Below are positions 49,911 through 60,220 of a DNA stretch of 64,000 bases, piece after piece; position 1 is the stretch's first letter; the number at the start of each line of letters is the position of its first letter. The position numbers and the translations under genes are program-made. A model generated the notes under the pieces. It searched no databases. It had not been told where the DNA came from and saw only the letters and a list, made by a program, of their open reading frames with translations. Source of the stretch: Phycisphaerae bacterium (GTDB taxonomy: Bacteria > Planctomycetota > Phycisphaerae > UBA1845 > Fen-1342); the NCBI GenBank assembly GCA_050115495.1, contig JASFQK010000028.1, forward strand, positions 27,623 to 91,622, read 5' to 3'.

Positions 49911-50608
49911 CAGTCCACCTCCTCCCCGCCGGCGACCGGCTTGCGCCGGGCGATGGCGATCGCCCCCACCAGCGCCGCCAGCAGCACCACGGCCGCCACC
50001 TGCAGCGCCACGACATAGTCGGTCAACAGCACGGTCCCGACGTTCTGCGGCGTGCCGTCCAGCACCGTTTTGGCCACTGCGGCGACCGGCGCGTCCGGCG
50101 GCGCCCCCGAGAACATCCGGGCGGCGATCACGGTCAATACCGCGAAGCCGGCGATGCAGCCCAGGAACGGCTCACGCGGCTGGCTGTCGTATCCCGCCGG
50201 CCCGCTCTGCTGGGCCAGCATGATCACGAACACGTACGTCACCAGGATCGCCCCGGCGTAGATGATCATCAGCGAAGCCGCCAGGAACTGCGCATCCATC
50301 AGCAGGAGCAGCCCGGTGACGGAGACAATGACGAGGATGAAGTACAGGGCGCTGTAGACCGGCCGGCGATGCGTGATCATCCGTACCGCACCCAGCAAAC
50401 CGACGACCGCCAGCACGCCGAACCAGCCCCGCGTCGCTCCGCCGGCCACGTGCGGCGCCGCCAGAGCTAGCAGCGTTCCGCCCGCCGCCGCCAGGATCAG
50501 CAGCGCCCCCCAGCGCAGGCCGCGTTGCCGGCCGGCGAAGGCCAGGTACAGGCCCGCCGCTCCGAGCGACGAAAGGAGAATCAGCAATAGAGCAGGCTGT
50601 GCCGGCAT
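49910..50608 (-). CDS. nuoJ: NADH-quinone oxidoreductase subunit J
   Basis: PVYSAL, IIYAGAILV..FVIML. Confidence 0.9.
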   Translation of the reverse strand: MPAQPALLLILLSSLGAAGLYLAFAGRQRGLRWGALLILAAAGGTLLALAAPHVAGGATRGWFGVLAVVGLLGAVRMITHRRPVYSALYFILVIVSVTGLLLLMDAQFLAASLMIIYAGAILVTYVFVIMLAQQSGPAGYDSQPREPFLGCIAGFAVLTVIAARMFSGAPPDAPVAAVAKTVLDGTPQNVGTVLLTDYVVALQVAAVVLLAALVGAIAIARRKPVAGGEEVD

Positions 50609-50745
50609 TCCACTCGCTTCCCGCTCGCCCGCGCTGCGCGGCACACCGGCGGCCCGCCGGTGAAGATCATGCCCGCGCTGCGGGAGTTTTTACTCGAAGC
50701 CCGGCCGCGCCGCCAGCGGAACACACCGCCGACGGCTCCAGGCTT

Positions 50746-51348
50746 TCAGACCTTGTGGGGCGCGTTCGGCGCCGCCACGCTCTTGTCCTGGCCGCCGGTC
50801 AGACCGTAGTCCGTCACCGGCGGGTTCTTCCGCGGCTTGAGGTCCTTGGTTCGGTCGTAGACCTCCAGCAGCTTCTCCTTGTCGAAGACCATCTCCTCGC
50901 GGGTGTAGCCCACGAGCTCGTAATGCGGCGTGAGCTCGATGGCATCGACCGGGCAGGCCTCCTCGCACATGCCGCAGTAGATGCAACGCAGCTCGTCGAT
51001 GTCGAACTTGACCGGGTACTTCTCGCGATCAGGCCAGGGCGACTCGCCCGCCTCGATGTGGATGCAGTGCGCCGGGCAGGCCGTCGAGCACATGAAGCAC
51101 GCCACACAGGCCACCCGCCCGTCCGGGTCCCGGTTCAACCGGTGCACGCCGCGGTAGTTCTCGACGCGCACCTCGCGCTGCTGCTCCGGGTAGCGCACCA
51201 CGACCCGGTTCCGTTGCGCGATGTTCACCAGGTGCCGCAGCGTCGTCTTCATGCCGGCCAGAATCTGCGGCATGTACAGACGCTCCGCGGCGGTCAGTTG
51301 CGGCGTCTCGATGACCAGCACGTCCTCGTCACGCATGACGCTCGTCAC
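50746..51348 (-). CDS. nuoI: NADH-quinone oxidoreductase subunit I
   Basis: CVACFMCSTACP, CIYCGMCEEACP. Confidence 0.95.
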   Translation of the reverse strand: MTSVMRDEDVLVIETPQLTAAERLYMPQILAGMKTTLRHLVNIAQRNRVVVRYPEQQREVRVENYRGVHRLNRDPDGRVACVACFMCSTACPAHCIHIEAGESPWPDREKYPVKFDIDELRCIYCGMCEEACPVDAIELTPHYELVGYTREEMVFDKEKLLEVYDRTKDLKPRKNPPVTDYGLTGGQDKSVAAPNAPHKV

Positions 51349-51394
51349 TCCTGCACGGCGGGCCGGCGGCTCTATCAGGCCCGCGCGGCCTGTG

Positions 51395-52678
51395 CTACGG
51401 CTCTCTCCGATGCGGCAGCTTGATGACGACCTGCACCGGCTCGGCGTCGCCCTCTCCGACGCTCACGTGCAACCCACCACTGACCGGGCCGTACTTGTAC
51501 GACACCCAGCGGTCGCCACGCATCACGCGACAGGTGAACGTGCCGGTGGCGTCGCTGCGGCCCGTGCCGCCCGCCTGCCAGTCCTGCTTTACCAGCCGCT
51601 TCAGCACGTCGTACGCCGGCTTGGGCGTCATGTCCGCCCGCAGCAATCCGCCGGCGTTGTCCTTGCGGTCGAAGAAGTCTCCCCAGTTGACGACCGTGAC
51701 CTTGGGCTGGGCCACCAATTCGGTGTAGACGCGCTCGACCTCGCGGGCCTGCCGCGCCTCGCCGTCCGGCCCGTCGGAGGGGATGTTCAAACCGGTGACA
51801 TGCAGCGGTACGCCGAACCGACCGAAACGCGTGCAGACCTCGGCGATCCGCTCCGTGTCCCAGGCACCGTCGGTCATCGGCATGACCAGGCCGATGGCGT
51901 CGAACGGCAGATTGCCGTCGGGCAACCGCAGCGTCTCGATGAACTTCTCGAAGCGCTCGTCGAGCACCGAGTCGCTTACGACCAGCGTGCCTTTCTGGTC
52001 GCCGGCGCGAGCCCGCTGAAGCGCCTCGCGAGCGACTTCGATCGGCCCGGCCATCCGCCAGACCTCGGTGAGCTTCGGAGCCTGGGCGGCCCGCTGCTCG
52101 AAGTTGGTCATTTCGGCGACGACGTCCCACGTGCCGATGCTCGAATCCGCACCCTTCCGCGTGGCGGCCAGCGGCCCGAAGTAACGCACGCAGTTGCGCA
52201 CGTGCCCCATCGCCATCACGCGGGTGATCCGCGGATCTCCCGGCAGCCACGGCGGGTCTTCGTTGTTCAGAATCAGTCCGTAGCCCCGCGCGTCGAGTCC
52301 GTGCTCGTGACACCAGCGAACGATGTTCTCCATCTGCGAGGCCTGCACGTCCCGCTGCCGCGGCTCGTACGACGCCCACCAGAACGCCAGCGTCCCGCTG
52401 TTCAGCAGCTCCGCGAAGCGCGCCCGGTACGCCTCTTCGAGTTCGGGCGTCGCACAGAGGCCCCAGTCGAACAGGTTCGCCCCGAAACGGATGGCCGACT
52501 GCGCCGGGGCGACGTTCACCTCCACGCCTTCGAGCGGCTTGCCCGCCTCGCCCACCAGCCGCAGACGCAACTCGCCCATGCGGGCTTTCTCGATCCGCTG
52601 CCGCGCATCGTCGAGCTCGTCCGCCATCGCCCAGCCCAGGCTCATGCCTAGGGTCAGGATCACCAATACACGCCTCAT
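51395..52678 (-). CDS. Secreted GH10-fold protein, probably catalytically inactive, inside the nuo operon
   Basis: Signal peptide; FGAN, FWWASYEP, WDVVAE, DAIGL, LHVTG, GLLRADMTPKPAY; ATG overlaps the nuoH stop. Confidence 0.8.
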   Translation of the reverse strand: MRRVLVILTLGMSLGWAMADELDDARQRIEKARMGELRLRLVGEAGKPLEGVEVNVAPAQSAIRFGANLFDWGLCATPELEEAYRARFAELLNSGTLAFWWASYEPRQRDVQASQMENIVRWCHEHGLDARGYGLILNNEDPPWLPGDPRITRVMAMGHVRNCVRYFGPLAATRKGADSSIGTWDVVAEMTNFEQRAAQAPKLTEVWRMAGPIEVAREALQRARAGDQKGTLVVSDSVLDERFEKFIETLRLPDGNLPFDAIGLVMPMTDGAWDTERIAEVCTRFGRFGVPLHVTGLNIPSDGPDGEARQAREVERVYTELVAQPKVTVVNWGDFFDRKDNAGGLLRADMTPKPAYDVLKRLVKQDWQAGGTGRSDATGTFTCRVMRGDRWVSYKYGPVSGGLHVSVGEGDAEPVQVVIKLPHRREP

Positions 52679-53994
52679 GTCGGCCTCACCTCCACATCCG
52701 GCAGGTTCTGCTGCCGGCCCGTCACCGGACTCCGCGAGCGACCCACCCACACCAGCGTCATCAGCAACACGACGGCGTTCATCAATAACGACGCCCACCA
52801 GACGCGATGTAGGTCAAGTGCCACCAGCACGGCCGTCCCCACCAATAGCGCCATCCCCATCGGCACCATCGACTGCCACGCCACGCGCATCAACTGGTCG
52901 AACCGGAACCGCGGCAACGTCCAGCGAATCACCATGTAGAACGCGATCATCGCCGCGATCTTCGCCCAGAAGATGCAGAACTTCACGATCGCCGCCCACC
53001 ACGCCGTCTGCTCCACGCCCGGCAGCAGCCACAGGTGCCACCCGCCGAGGAACAGGGCGATCAGCAGAGCGCTGTTCGTGATCATGTGGGCGTATTCACC
53101 GAGGAAGAACAGCCCGAACTTCATCGCGCTGTACTCGGTGTGGAAGCCGCCCACCAACTCCTGCTCCGCCTCGGCCAGGTCGAACGGTGCCCGGTTCGTC
53201 TCGGCGAAACCGCTGATCAGCACCAGCAGACAGGGCAGCGGCTGATAGAACACGAACCACAGCCCCGACCGCGCCTGGGCGTCGACCACCTCTTCCAGCC
53301 GCAGCGTCCCCGCCGTCAGCAGAATGCACAGCAGCCCCAGCCCCAGCGGAATCTCGTAGCTGATCATCTGGGCCGCGGCCCGCATCCCGCCGTAGAACGA
53401 GTACTTGTTGTTCGCCGCGTACCCGGCCAGCACCACCCCGTACACGCCCATCGATCCCACGGCGATCAGATACAGGAAGCCGATGTCAAACCCGGCGACC
53501 TGCGTCAGCACGGTCTCCCCCGCCGGCATCCACGGCCAGTGAATGTCCCCCGCCCACGGGATGATGGCGAAGCCCAGCAGCGCCACCACGAACGCCAGCG
53601 TCGGGGCCAGCAGGTACAGCGGCAGATCCACGTTCCGCGGGATCACATCTTCTTTCAGGAAGAACTTCAGCCCATCCGCCGCCGGCTGAAACACCCCCAG
53701 GAAACCCACGCGGCTCGGCCCGTGCCGATCCTGGATGTACGCCGAGATCTTCCGCTCGGCCAGGATGCACACGGCCGTCCCCGTCAAGATCAGGTTCAGC
53801 AGCCCCACCATCAGCAGGATCGAGAACCAGAACTGCGACGCCACGAGGTAGCCCAGGAACCGCTGCACCGGCGGCAACAGCCAGACGAGCCCCACCACGA
53901 CGGCCAGCCCCACGCCGCCCGCCACCGCCAGCCCCACCAGCAGCGCCGGACTGCGTAGCACCCGCTCAATCTTCAGCGCCAACGGATCCTTCAT
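52675..53994 (-). CDS. nuoH: NADH-quinone oxidoreductase subunit H
   Basis: ERKISAYIQDRHGP, ADGLKF, ETNRAPFDLAEAEQELVGG. Confidence 0.95.
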   Translation of the reverse strand: MKDPLALKIERVLRSPALLVGLAVAGGVGLAVVVGLVWLLPPVQRFLGYLVASQFWFSILLMVGLLNLILTGTAVCILAERKISAYIQDRHGPSRVGFLGVFQPAADGLKFFLKEDVIPRNVDLPLYLLAPTLAFVVALLGFAIIPWAGDIHWPWMPAGETVLTQVAGFDIGFLYLIAVGSMGVYGVVLAGYAANNKYSFYGGMRAAAQMISYEIPLGLGLLCILLTAGTLRLEEVVDAQARSGLWFVFYQPLPCLLVLISGFAETNRAPFDLAEAEQELVGGFHTEYSAMKFGLFFLGEYAHMITNSALLIALFLGGWHLWLLPGVEQTAWWAAIVKFCIFWAKIAAMIAFYMVIRWTLPRFRFDQLMRVAWQSMVPMGMALLVGTAVLVALDLHRVWWASLLMNAVVLLMTLVWVGRSRSPVTGRQQNLPDVEVRPT

Positions 53995-54015
53995 GGCTCC
54001 CGGCTCACCTCTGCG

Positions 54016-55599
54016 CTAGTGCGCATGCTTGGGCAGCTCCTGCGGCACGTGCAACTGGCCGAACTCCGGCTGCGCCGCCGCCATCGCCTCTCGCACCTTC
54101 GCCGCCCGGAACAGGCCGCTCAGCCCAGCCAGTTCGTGGAAGAACTGCCCGTCCGCCTTCACGCCCTCCAGTGGCGGCAGGGCTCGCTCGAACGGCTGGA
54201 GCAGCCCGTCGCAATTCATGAACGTCCCTTCCCGCTCCGCCCAGGTCGCCCCGGGAATCAGCACGCTCGCCGACTCGGCCAGCCGCGACGCGAACAGGTC
54301 GTGCAGGACCAGCAGCGGGATCTTGCTCAGCGCCGCGGTCGCACTGTCATCAACCCACACCCGCGGATAACCGCCGGTCACGTACGCCGCCTGGAACCGC
54401 CCGCTTCCCGCCGCCGCGACGAAATCGCCGAAGCTCATCGTCGTCCCGCCGGCGTGCTCGACAATCCGCTCCACTCCCCGGCGATTCGGGCACTTCTCAG
54501 CCTTAATCACGAAGCCTTTCGGGAAGACGCGGTCTTCGCCGTCCACCGGCACGAAACCGGTTACGAGCGTCGCCCGCGGGGCCACGTCGCGGATGAACCG
54601 CACCAGCAGCCAGGCTTCCTCGCAGCTCAACATCGGGCTCAGCACGGCGGCGACGCCGTCCTTGCCGGCCAGCCGCTCGCGCAGCAGCGCCGGCAACTCT
54701 TCCCACCGCGCCGGCCGCAACGTCCCACCCTCGCGCACCTGCGGGCCGCACAGCCGCTCGGGGCTGTGCACGTAGCGCCAGCCGAAGCGGGCCTCATCGC
54801 TGAGCCACCACTCGTTCACCTTCTCGTTGAACCGCGGGCGGATGCGATGGATACCCTCTTCGTTGTGGTCGATGAAGATCGTCGCCCCGCGGCTGTCGGC
54901 GGGGCTGACCGACTTCGTCGAGTTCAGCCGCCAGACCCGCTGCTTGAACAGGAAGTCCTTGTCCAGCAGCGCTCCCACCGGGCACAGATCGACCACGTTC
55001 CCCTGCAACGGGTTCTCCAGCGGGCGGCCCGGGAAGACGTCGATCTCGTTCGTGCTGCCGCGGTTCACCACGCGCAGCTCGCCGCTGCCGGCAATCTCGT
55101 CCGCGAAGCGCACGCAGCGCGTGCACATCACGCAACGATCCGAGTACAGCAGCGTGTGCGAGCCGATGTCCTTCTTCGGGTTCTTCTGCTTGTCCTCGAC
55201 CATCCGCGACGTCGCCGCCGCGTGGGCCTCGGTGTAGTCCTGCAAGTAGCACTCGCCGGCCTTGTCGCAGACGGGGCAATCCAGCGGGTGGTTGAGCAGG
55301 TAATACTCCATCACGTGCCGCTGGTTGGCCCGGACCGTCTCGGACTGGAAACGAACCTCCATGCCATCCTTGACAGGCGTCTGGCAGGAGGGCACCAGCT
55401 TGGGCGCCCAGACCATCTCGCGCGTCTTGGGGTGCGGCATCTTCATTTCCATCAGGCACAGCCGACAACTGGCCACCACCGACAGCCCGGGGTGATAGCA
55501 GTAGTGCGGGATGGCCATGCCGGCCTCCAGCGCCGCCTGCAAGACGGGGATGCCCTCCCGACACTCGATCTCCCGGCCGTCTATGATGATCTTCGGCAT
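54016..55599 (-). CDS. nuoG: NADH-quinone oxidoreductase subunit G (short form)
   Basis: IPHYCYH, CRLC, NHPLDCPVCDKAGEC, CVMCTRCVRF. Confidence 0.92.
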   Translation of the reverse strand: MPKIIIDGREIECREGIPVLQAALEAGMAIPHYCYHPGLSVVASCRLCLMEMKMPHPKTREMVWAPKLVPSCQTPVKDGMEVRFQSETVRANQRHVMEYYLLNHPLDCPVCDKAGECYLQDYTEAHAAATSRMVEDKQKNPKKDIGSHTLLYSDRCVMCTRCVRFADEIAGSGELRVVNRGSTNEIDVFPGRPLENPLQGNVVDLCPVGALLDKDFLFKQRVWRLNSTKSVSPADSRGATIFIDHNEEGIHRIRPRFNEKVNEWWLSDEARFGWRYVHSPERLCGPQVREGGTLRPARWEELPALLRERLAGKDGVAAVLSPMLSCEEAWLLVRFIRDVAPRATLVTGFVPVDGEDRVFPKGFVIKAEKCPNRRGVERIVEHAGGTTMSFGDFVAAAGSGRFQAAYVTGGYPRVWVDDSATAALSKIPLLVLHDLFASRLAESASVLIPGATWAEREGTFMNCDGLLQPFERALPPLEGVKADGQFFHELAGLSGLFRAAKVREAMAAAQPEFGQLHVPQELPKHAH

Positions 55600-55626
55600 C
55601 GACTCTGTTCCTGACTCGCCCACCGG

Positions 55627-57075
55627 CTACTGCGCCGGCAGGTGTTCGCGGGTCAGCATGGTTCCCGCTTCAAACTGCGTCGCCCGACCGGCCACCACCG
55701 GCAGCTTGTATGCCGCCGCGTTCGTCCGCCGGATCCGCGCTTCCACCGCCCCGGGCGCCTGCCGGGCGATGTGCTCCTCCAGCTCCCGGCGGAACTTCTG
55801 CACCAGCGTCCGCAGCGGGAAAGCCGCTCCGTCCGACAGGCCGCAGATGCTCAGCCCGGGCATCATGCCCATGTTCGTCGTCACCTCGTCGATCAGGTCG
55901 AGGTCGCAGCTCCGCCCGGCGCCGTCCCGCAGCCGCTGGCAGATCTTCCACATCCACGTCGTGCCCTCGCGGCACTGCGTGCACTGCCCGCACGACTCCG
56001 TCGCGAAGAACCGGGCCACGTTCACCATCACATCGCGAATATCCACATCTTCCGGCACGACCACCGCCGCCGCCGTCCCCAGCCCCAGCAGGCCGTAGCG
56101 GCGCGGATCGTCGAAATCGAGCCGGCAATCGAGCTCGTCCCAATCCTGCTTCGGGTCGACCTGCCCCTCGGGGGCCCGTGGGAACAGGTCGCCGCGTAGC
56201 ACGCCCATCGACAACCCGCCCGGGAAGACCGCCTTGATCTTCTTGCCGTCGCGCATGCCGCCGCCGAAGTCCTCGCCGTAGATCAAATCGCGGACGCTCA
56301 GCCCCAGCGGCGCCTCGTAGCAACCCGGCCGGTTCACCGGGCCGCTCACGCAGTACATCTTCGGGCCCCACGAGTTTTCCGAGCCCAGGCTTTGCCACCA
56401 GTCCAACCCGCGCGTCAGGATGTGTGGCAGGCAGGCCAGCGTCTCGACGTTGTTCACGACCGTCGGCTTGTGGAACACACCCTCGACCGCCGGGAACGGC
56501 GGCTTGATCCGCGGCCAGCCGCGCTTGCCCTCCAGGCTCTCGATCAGGCCCGTTTCCTCACCGCAGACGTACGCCCCCGCGCCGCGGTGGATGTAGCAGT
56601 CCAGGTCGTACCCGGTGCCCAGGATGTTCGTTCCGAAGTAGCCGGCGGCGTAGGCCTCCTCCACCGCCTTCTGCAATACGTGGAACTGCTCCATGAACTC
56701 GCCGCGCATATACACGTACGCCACGCGGGCCTGCGTCGCGTAGCCGGCGATTAGAATCCCCTCCAGCAGCATGTGCGGATCGTGCTCGATCGTCACCCGG
56801 TTGCAGAACGTCGGCGGCTCCGACTCGTCCGCGTTCACGCACAAATACGTGATGTCCCGTTCGGGCGGCAGGAACGACCACTTCATCCCCGCCGGGAAGC
56901 CCGCCCCGCCGCGGCCGCGCAGGTTCGCCTTCTTCGCCAGGTCGATCACGTCGGCCGGCTTCATCTCGCGCAGGGCCTTGGTCGCCGCGGCGTACCCGCC
57001 CGAGCCGGCGTAGACCTTCAGCGTGGCACTGCCCGCCACGCCGACGTTTCGCATCAGTACTCGTTCGTAGGCCAT
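55627..57075 (-). CDS. nuoF: NADH-quinone oxidoreductase subunit F
   Basis: LRGRGGAGFP, NADESEP, GAGAYVCGEET, ESCGQCTQCREG. Confidence 0.95.
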   Translation of the reverse strand: MAYERVLMRNVGVAGSATLKVYAGSGGYAAATKALREMKPADVIDLAKKANLRGRGGAGFPAGMKWSFLPPERDITYLCVNADESEPPTFCNRVTIEHDPHMLLEGILIAGYATQARVAYVYMRGEFMEQFHVLQKAVEEAYAAGYFGTNILGTGYDLDCYIHRGAGAYVCGEETGLIESLEGKRGWPRIKPPFPAVEGVFHKPTVVNNVETLACLPHILTRGLDWWQSLGSENSWGPKMYCVSGPVNRPGCYEAPLGLSVRDLIYGEDFGGGMRDGKKIKAVFPGGLSMGVLRGDLFPRAPEGQVDPKQDWDELDCRLDFDDPRRYGLLGLGTAAAVVVPEDVDIRDVMVNVARFFATESCGQCTQCREGTTWMWKICQRLRDGAGRSCDLDLIDEVTTNMGMMPGLSICGLSDGAAFPLRTLVQKFRRELEEHIARQAPGAVEARIRRTNAAAYKLPVVAGRATQFEAGTMLTREHLPAQ

Positions 57076-57078
57076 CGC

Positions 57079-57669
57079 TCAGTCAACCGCCTGCGCCGCT
57101 CGCTTGCCGGGAGCATCGAACAGGTCGCTCCGCGGCACGTCGAGCTTATCGTTGTCCGGATCGGCCAGGATCCGGTCCAGGTCTTCGACCCGCACCCGCT
57201 TGTGCATCCGCTCGTTGATCAGCATGCACGGCCCGTGATCGCACGCCGCCAGGCATTCCTCGGTCATCAGCGAGTATTCACCGTCCGGCGTCGTCTCGTG
57301 CTCGTCGATGCCCAGCTTCTCCTTCAGGGCCGCCAGCAGCGTCTGCCCGCCCATCAGTTCGCACGACAGCGAGCGGCAGACCACGACCGTCTTCCGTCCC
57401 TTCGGGTGCGTCCAGAAGTGGCTGTAGAACGTCACGACGTCCATCACCGCCGCCGGCGTCACGCTCAGAATCTCGGCGATCTCCTCCATCGCCCGCAGCG
57501 AGACGTACCCGTGCTCGTCCTGGGCGATGTGCAGCGCCGGCAGCATGGCCGCCCGCGGCGTCGGGTAGCGCGGGAAGAACGAACGGATCTTCTCCTTCGT
57601 CGCCGCGCTCAGCCCGGGACCACGTTCCGCGTCGGTCACCGTCTTCCGGTCTATCGCTTTCCAGGACAC
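57079..57669 (-). CDS. nuoE: NADH-quinone oxidoreductase subunit E
   Basis: VVTFY, CRSLSC, ECLAACDHGP. Confidence 0.93.
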   Translation of the reverse strand: MSWKAIDRKTVTDAERGPGLSAATKEKIRSFFPRYPTPRAAMLPALHIAQDEHGYVSLRAMEEIAEILSVTPAAVMDVVTFYSHFWTHPKGRKTVVVCRSLSCELMGGQTLLAALKEKLGIDEHETTPDGEYSLMTEECLAACDHGPCMLINERMHKRVRVEDLDRILADPDNDKLDVPRSDLFDAPGKRAAQAVD

Positions 57670-57759
57670 CAGCGTCCTCCGTCTCTCAACCGGCTATCTT
57701 TCGCCGGAGAAGGCTCCTCATCTCAATGGCCGCGCTCAGCGCCGCCAGAAACACGCCAT

Positions 57760-59013
57760 TCATCGATCCAGCTCCGCCGCAATGACGTTCACGCTGTTCA
57801 ACACCGGCGGCACATCACTGATCTGGTGCCCCGCGATCAGCGTCGGGAACACTTGGTAGTTGATGAAGCTCGGCGGCCGGCAGCGGGCCCGGTACGCGCT
57901 CCGCCCGCCGTCGCTCACCAGGTAGAAACCCAGTTCGCCGTTCGCCGTCTCGTTCGCGCCGTACGCCTCGCCCACCGGCGGCTGGAGGCCCCGGTTGGTC
58001 ATCACCTTCTCGAAATGGTGGATCAGCCCCTCGATCGAGAAGTACACCTCGCGCTTGTCCGGCAGCATCGCCTTCTCGTCGGCCAGCACGTTCACCGGCC
58101 CTTCCGGCACCAGCGGCACGAGCTGCTCGATGATCGCGCACGACTGTCGCACCTCTTCGAGCCGCACCAGATACCGCGAATACACGTCGCCGCCCGTCGC
58201 CACCGGCACCTTGAACTGCACCGCCGGTGTCCCGCGGCCGTCCCAGTTGTCCGCGTAGCACAGGTACGGCTCGTCTTTGCGCAGGTCCCGCCGCACACCG
58301 CTGCCCCGCGCCAGCGGCCCCGTCAGCGACCAGTTGATCGCGTCGTCGTGGCTGATGACCCCGATGCCCTTTACCCGCTCTATGAAGATGCGGTTCCGCG
58401 TCAGCAGGTCGTCCACGTCCCGCAGCGCCGCGGGCACACGCTCGCGAATGAACTGCAACACCCGGTCGAACCACCCCGGCGGTGCATCCTGCATCAGGCC
58501 GCCCACCCGCGTATAGCCCGTCGTGAAGCGGTGCCCGCACAGCGCCTCGAACAGATCCATGATCGGTTCGCGCTCGTTGAACGCGTAGATGAACGCCGTG
58601 TACGCCCCCAGGTCCAGCCCCGAGCAGCCGATGCACACCAGGTGATCCTGGATGCGGGCCAGCTCCGCACAGATCGTGCGAATCGCCTTGCACCGCGGCG
58701 TCGGCTCCAGCCCGAACAGCTTCTCGCACGCCGTGTGCCACGCGATGTTGTTGGCCATCGGCGAGACGTAGTTCATCCGGTCGGTGACGACGACGTACTG
58801 GTTATAGTCGAGGTGCTCCCCCAGCTTCTCGAACCCGCTATGCAGGAAACCGATGTCCGGCGTGCAGCGGATGATGCGCTCGCCCTCGATCTCCATCACC
58901 AGCCGCAGCGTCGTGTGTGTCGCCGGATGCTGCGGACCGAAGTTCAGCGTCCAGCGGTCGTCGCTCCCTTCCTCCGGGGCCAGCCGTGTCCGTACGTCGT
59001 AGGAGATGCTCAT
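57760..59013 (-). CDS. nuoD: NADH-quinone oxidoreductase subunit D
   Basis: LNFGPQHPATH, GFLHSGFEK, C-terminal ELDR. Confidence 0.95.
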   Translation of the reverse strand: MSISYDVRTRLAPEEGSDDRWTLNFGPQHPATHTTLRLVMEIEGERIIRCTPDIGFLHSGFEKLGEHLDYNQYVVVTDRMNYVSPMANNIAWHTACEKLFGLEPTPRCKAIRTICAELARIQDHLVCIGCSGLDLGAYTAFIYAFNEREPIMDLFEALCGHRFTTGYTRVGGLMQDAPPGWFDRVLQFIRERVPAALRDVDDLLTRNRIFIERVKGIGVISHDDAINWSLTGPLARGSGVRRDLRKDEPYLCYADNWDGRGTPAVQFKVPVATGGDVYSRYLVRLEEVRQSCAIIEQLVPLVPEGPVNVLADEKAMLPDKREVYFSIEGLIHHFEKVMTNRGLQPPVGEAYGANETANGELGFYLVSDGGRSAYRARCRPPSFINYQVFPTLIAGHQISDVPPVLNSVNVIAAELDR

Positions 59014-59037
59014 GCGCCTTCGCACCCTTGTCGCGAC

Positions 59038-59571
59038 TTACGCGCTGTCCCGTCCGACCACCTCGAACGCCTCACGCTCGCCCTTGCCCCGCAGTGGGTA
59101 GTCCTTCCGCAGCGGATGCTCGGTGAAGTTCTGCGGCAGCACAATCCGCCGCAGGTCCGGGTGCCCGTCGAAGCGTATGCCGAACAGGTCGTACACCTCG
59201 CGCTCCGGCCACTCCGCCCCACGCCACAGCGACGTCGCCGACGGCAGCGCCGGCTCCGGATCGTTGACGAACGCCTTCACCCACAGGCGATGGTTGTGCG
59301 TATAGCTGAGCAGCGAGTACACCACGCCGAAGCGGTCCTCCGCTCCGGGGTAGCTCAGATAGTCTACACAGGTCAGGTCGCAGAGCTGCTCGAACCGCGT
59401 TCGCGGATCGTCCCGCAGGAAGCCCAGCACCTCGAGCAGCCGCTCCGCCGGCACGCGCACCCAATACTGCCCCGAGTCGCGCCCGTCCAGGTACGTGCAC
59501 AGCGGCCGCGCCTCGATGCCCAGCTCGGGAAACCGCTCCTGCAACGCTCGTACGCAGTCTTCGGTCGCCAT
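59038..59571 (-). CDS. nuoC: NADH-quinone oxidoreductase subunit C
   Basis: EREVYDLFGIRFDGHPDLRRI, HPLRKDYP. Confidence 0.94.
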   Translation of the reverse strand: MATEDCVRALQERFPELGIEARPLCTYLDGRDSGQYWVRVPAERLLEVLGFLRDDPRTRFEQLCDLTCVDYLSYPGAEDRFGVVYSLLSYTHNHRLWVKAFVNDPEPALPSATSLWRGAEWPEREVYDLFGIRFDGHPDLRRIVLPQNFTEHPLRKDYPLRGKGEREAFEVVGRDSA

Positions 59572-59608
59572 GCCCTCTTCCCGCCGGCGGCGATACCGGC
59601 TTTCTCGT

Positions 59609-60220
59609 CTATCCGCGCCCGGCCAGACCCGGCCCCAGCTCCACCGGTTGTCGCCGCGGCTGCGCCATGATGCGCAGCCCGCGGCCACGCTCCCGGCTCG
59701 ACCGCACACCGTCTTCCGTCACAATCCGTTGAATCGCCATCAGCCCTTCGAGGAGCGTCTCCGGCCGCGGCGGGCAACCCGGCACGTACACGTCCACCGG
59801 CAAAAACTGATCGATGCCCTGCACCACCGCGTACGTGTCGAACACTCCGCCCGACGAGGCACACGCCCCCATCGACACCACCCACTTCGGCTCGGACATT
59901 TGCAGGTAGATCCGCTGAATGACCGGCATCATCTTCATCACCACGCGGCCCGCGCAGATCAGCACGTCACACTGCCGCGGCGAGAAGCGCATCGCCTCCA
60001 TCCCGAACCGGGCGATGTCGTACCGGCTGCAACCCGTCGCCATCAGCTCGATCCCGCAGCACGCCGTAGCAAACGGCATCGGCCACAGGCTGTTCCGCCG
60101 GGCCCAGTTGATGCCGTGCTTCTTCACGGCGTCCAGAAGCGGGTCCAGCCGCGTCAGCCCGAAAGCCTGTCCGCTGAGCTTGAAGGGGTTCGCGTCGGTT
60201 TCGCTGCCGATCAATCCCAT
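59609..60220 (-). CDS. nuoB: NADH-quinone oxidoreductase subunit B
   Basis: [28 protein letters not shown]. Confidence 0.95.
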   Translation of the reverse strand: MGLIGSETDANPFKLSGQAFGLTRLDPLLDAVKKHGINWARRNSLWPMPFATACCGIELMATGCSRYDIARFGMEAMRFSPRQCDVLICAGRVVMKMMPVIQRIYLQMSEPKWVVSMGACASSGGVFDTYAVVQGIDQFLPVDVYVPGCPPRPETLLEGLMAIQRIVTEDGVRSSRERGRGLRIMAQPRRQPVELGPGLAGRG

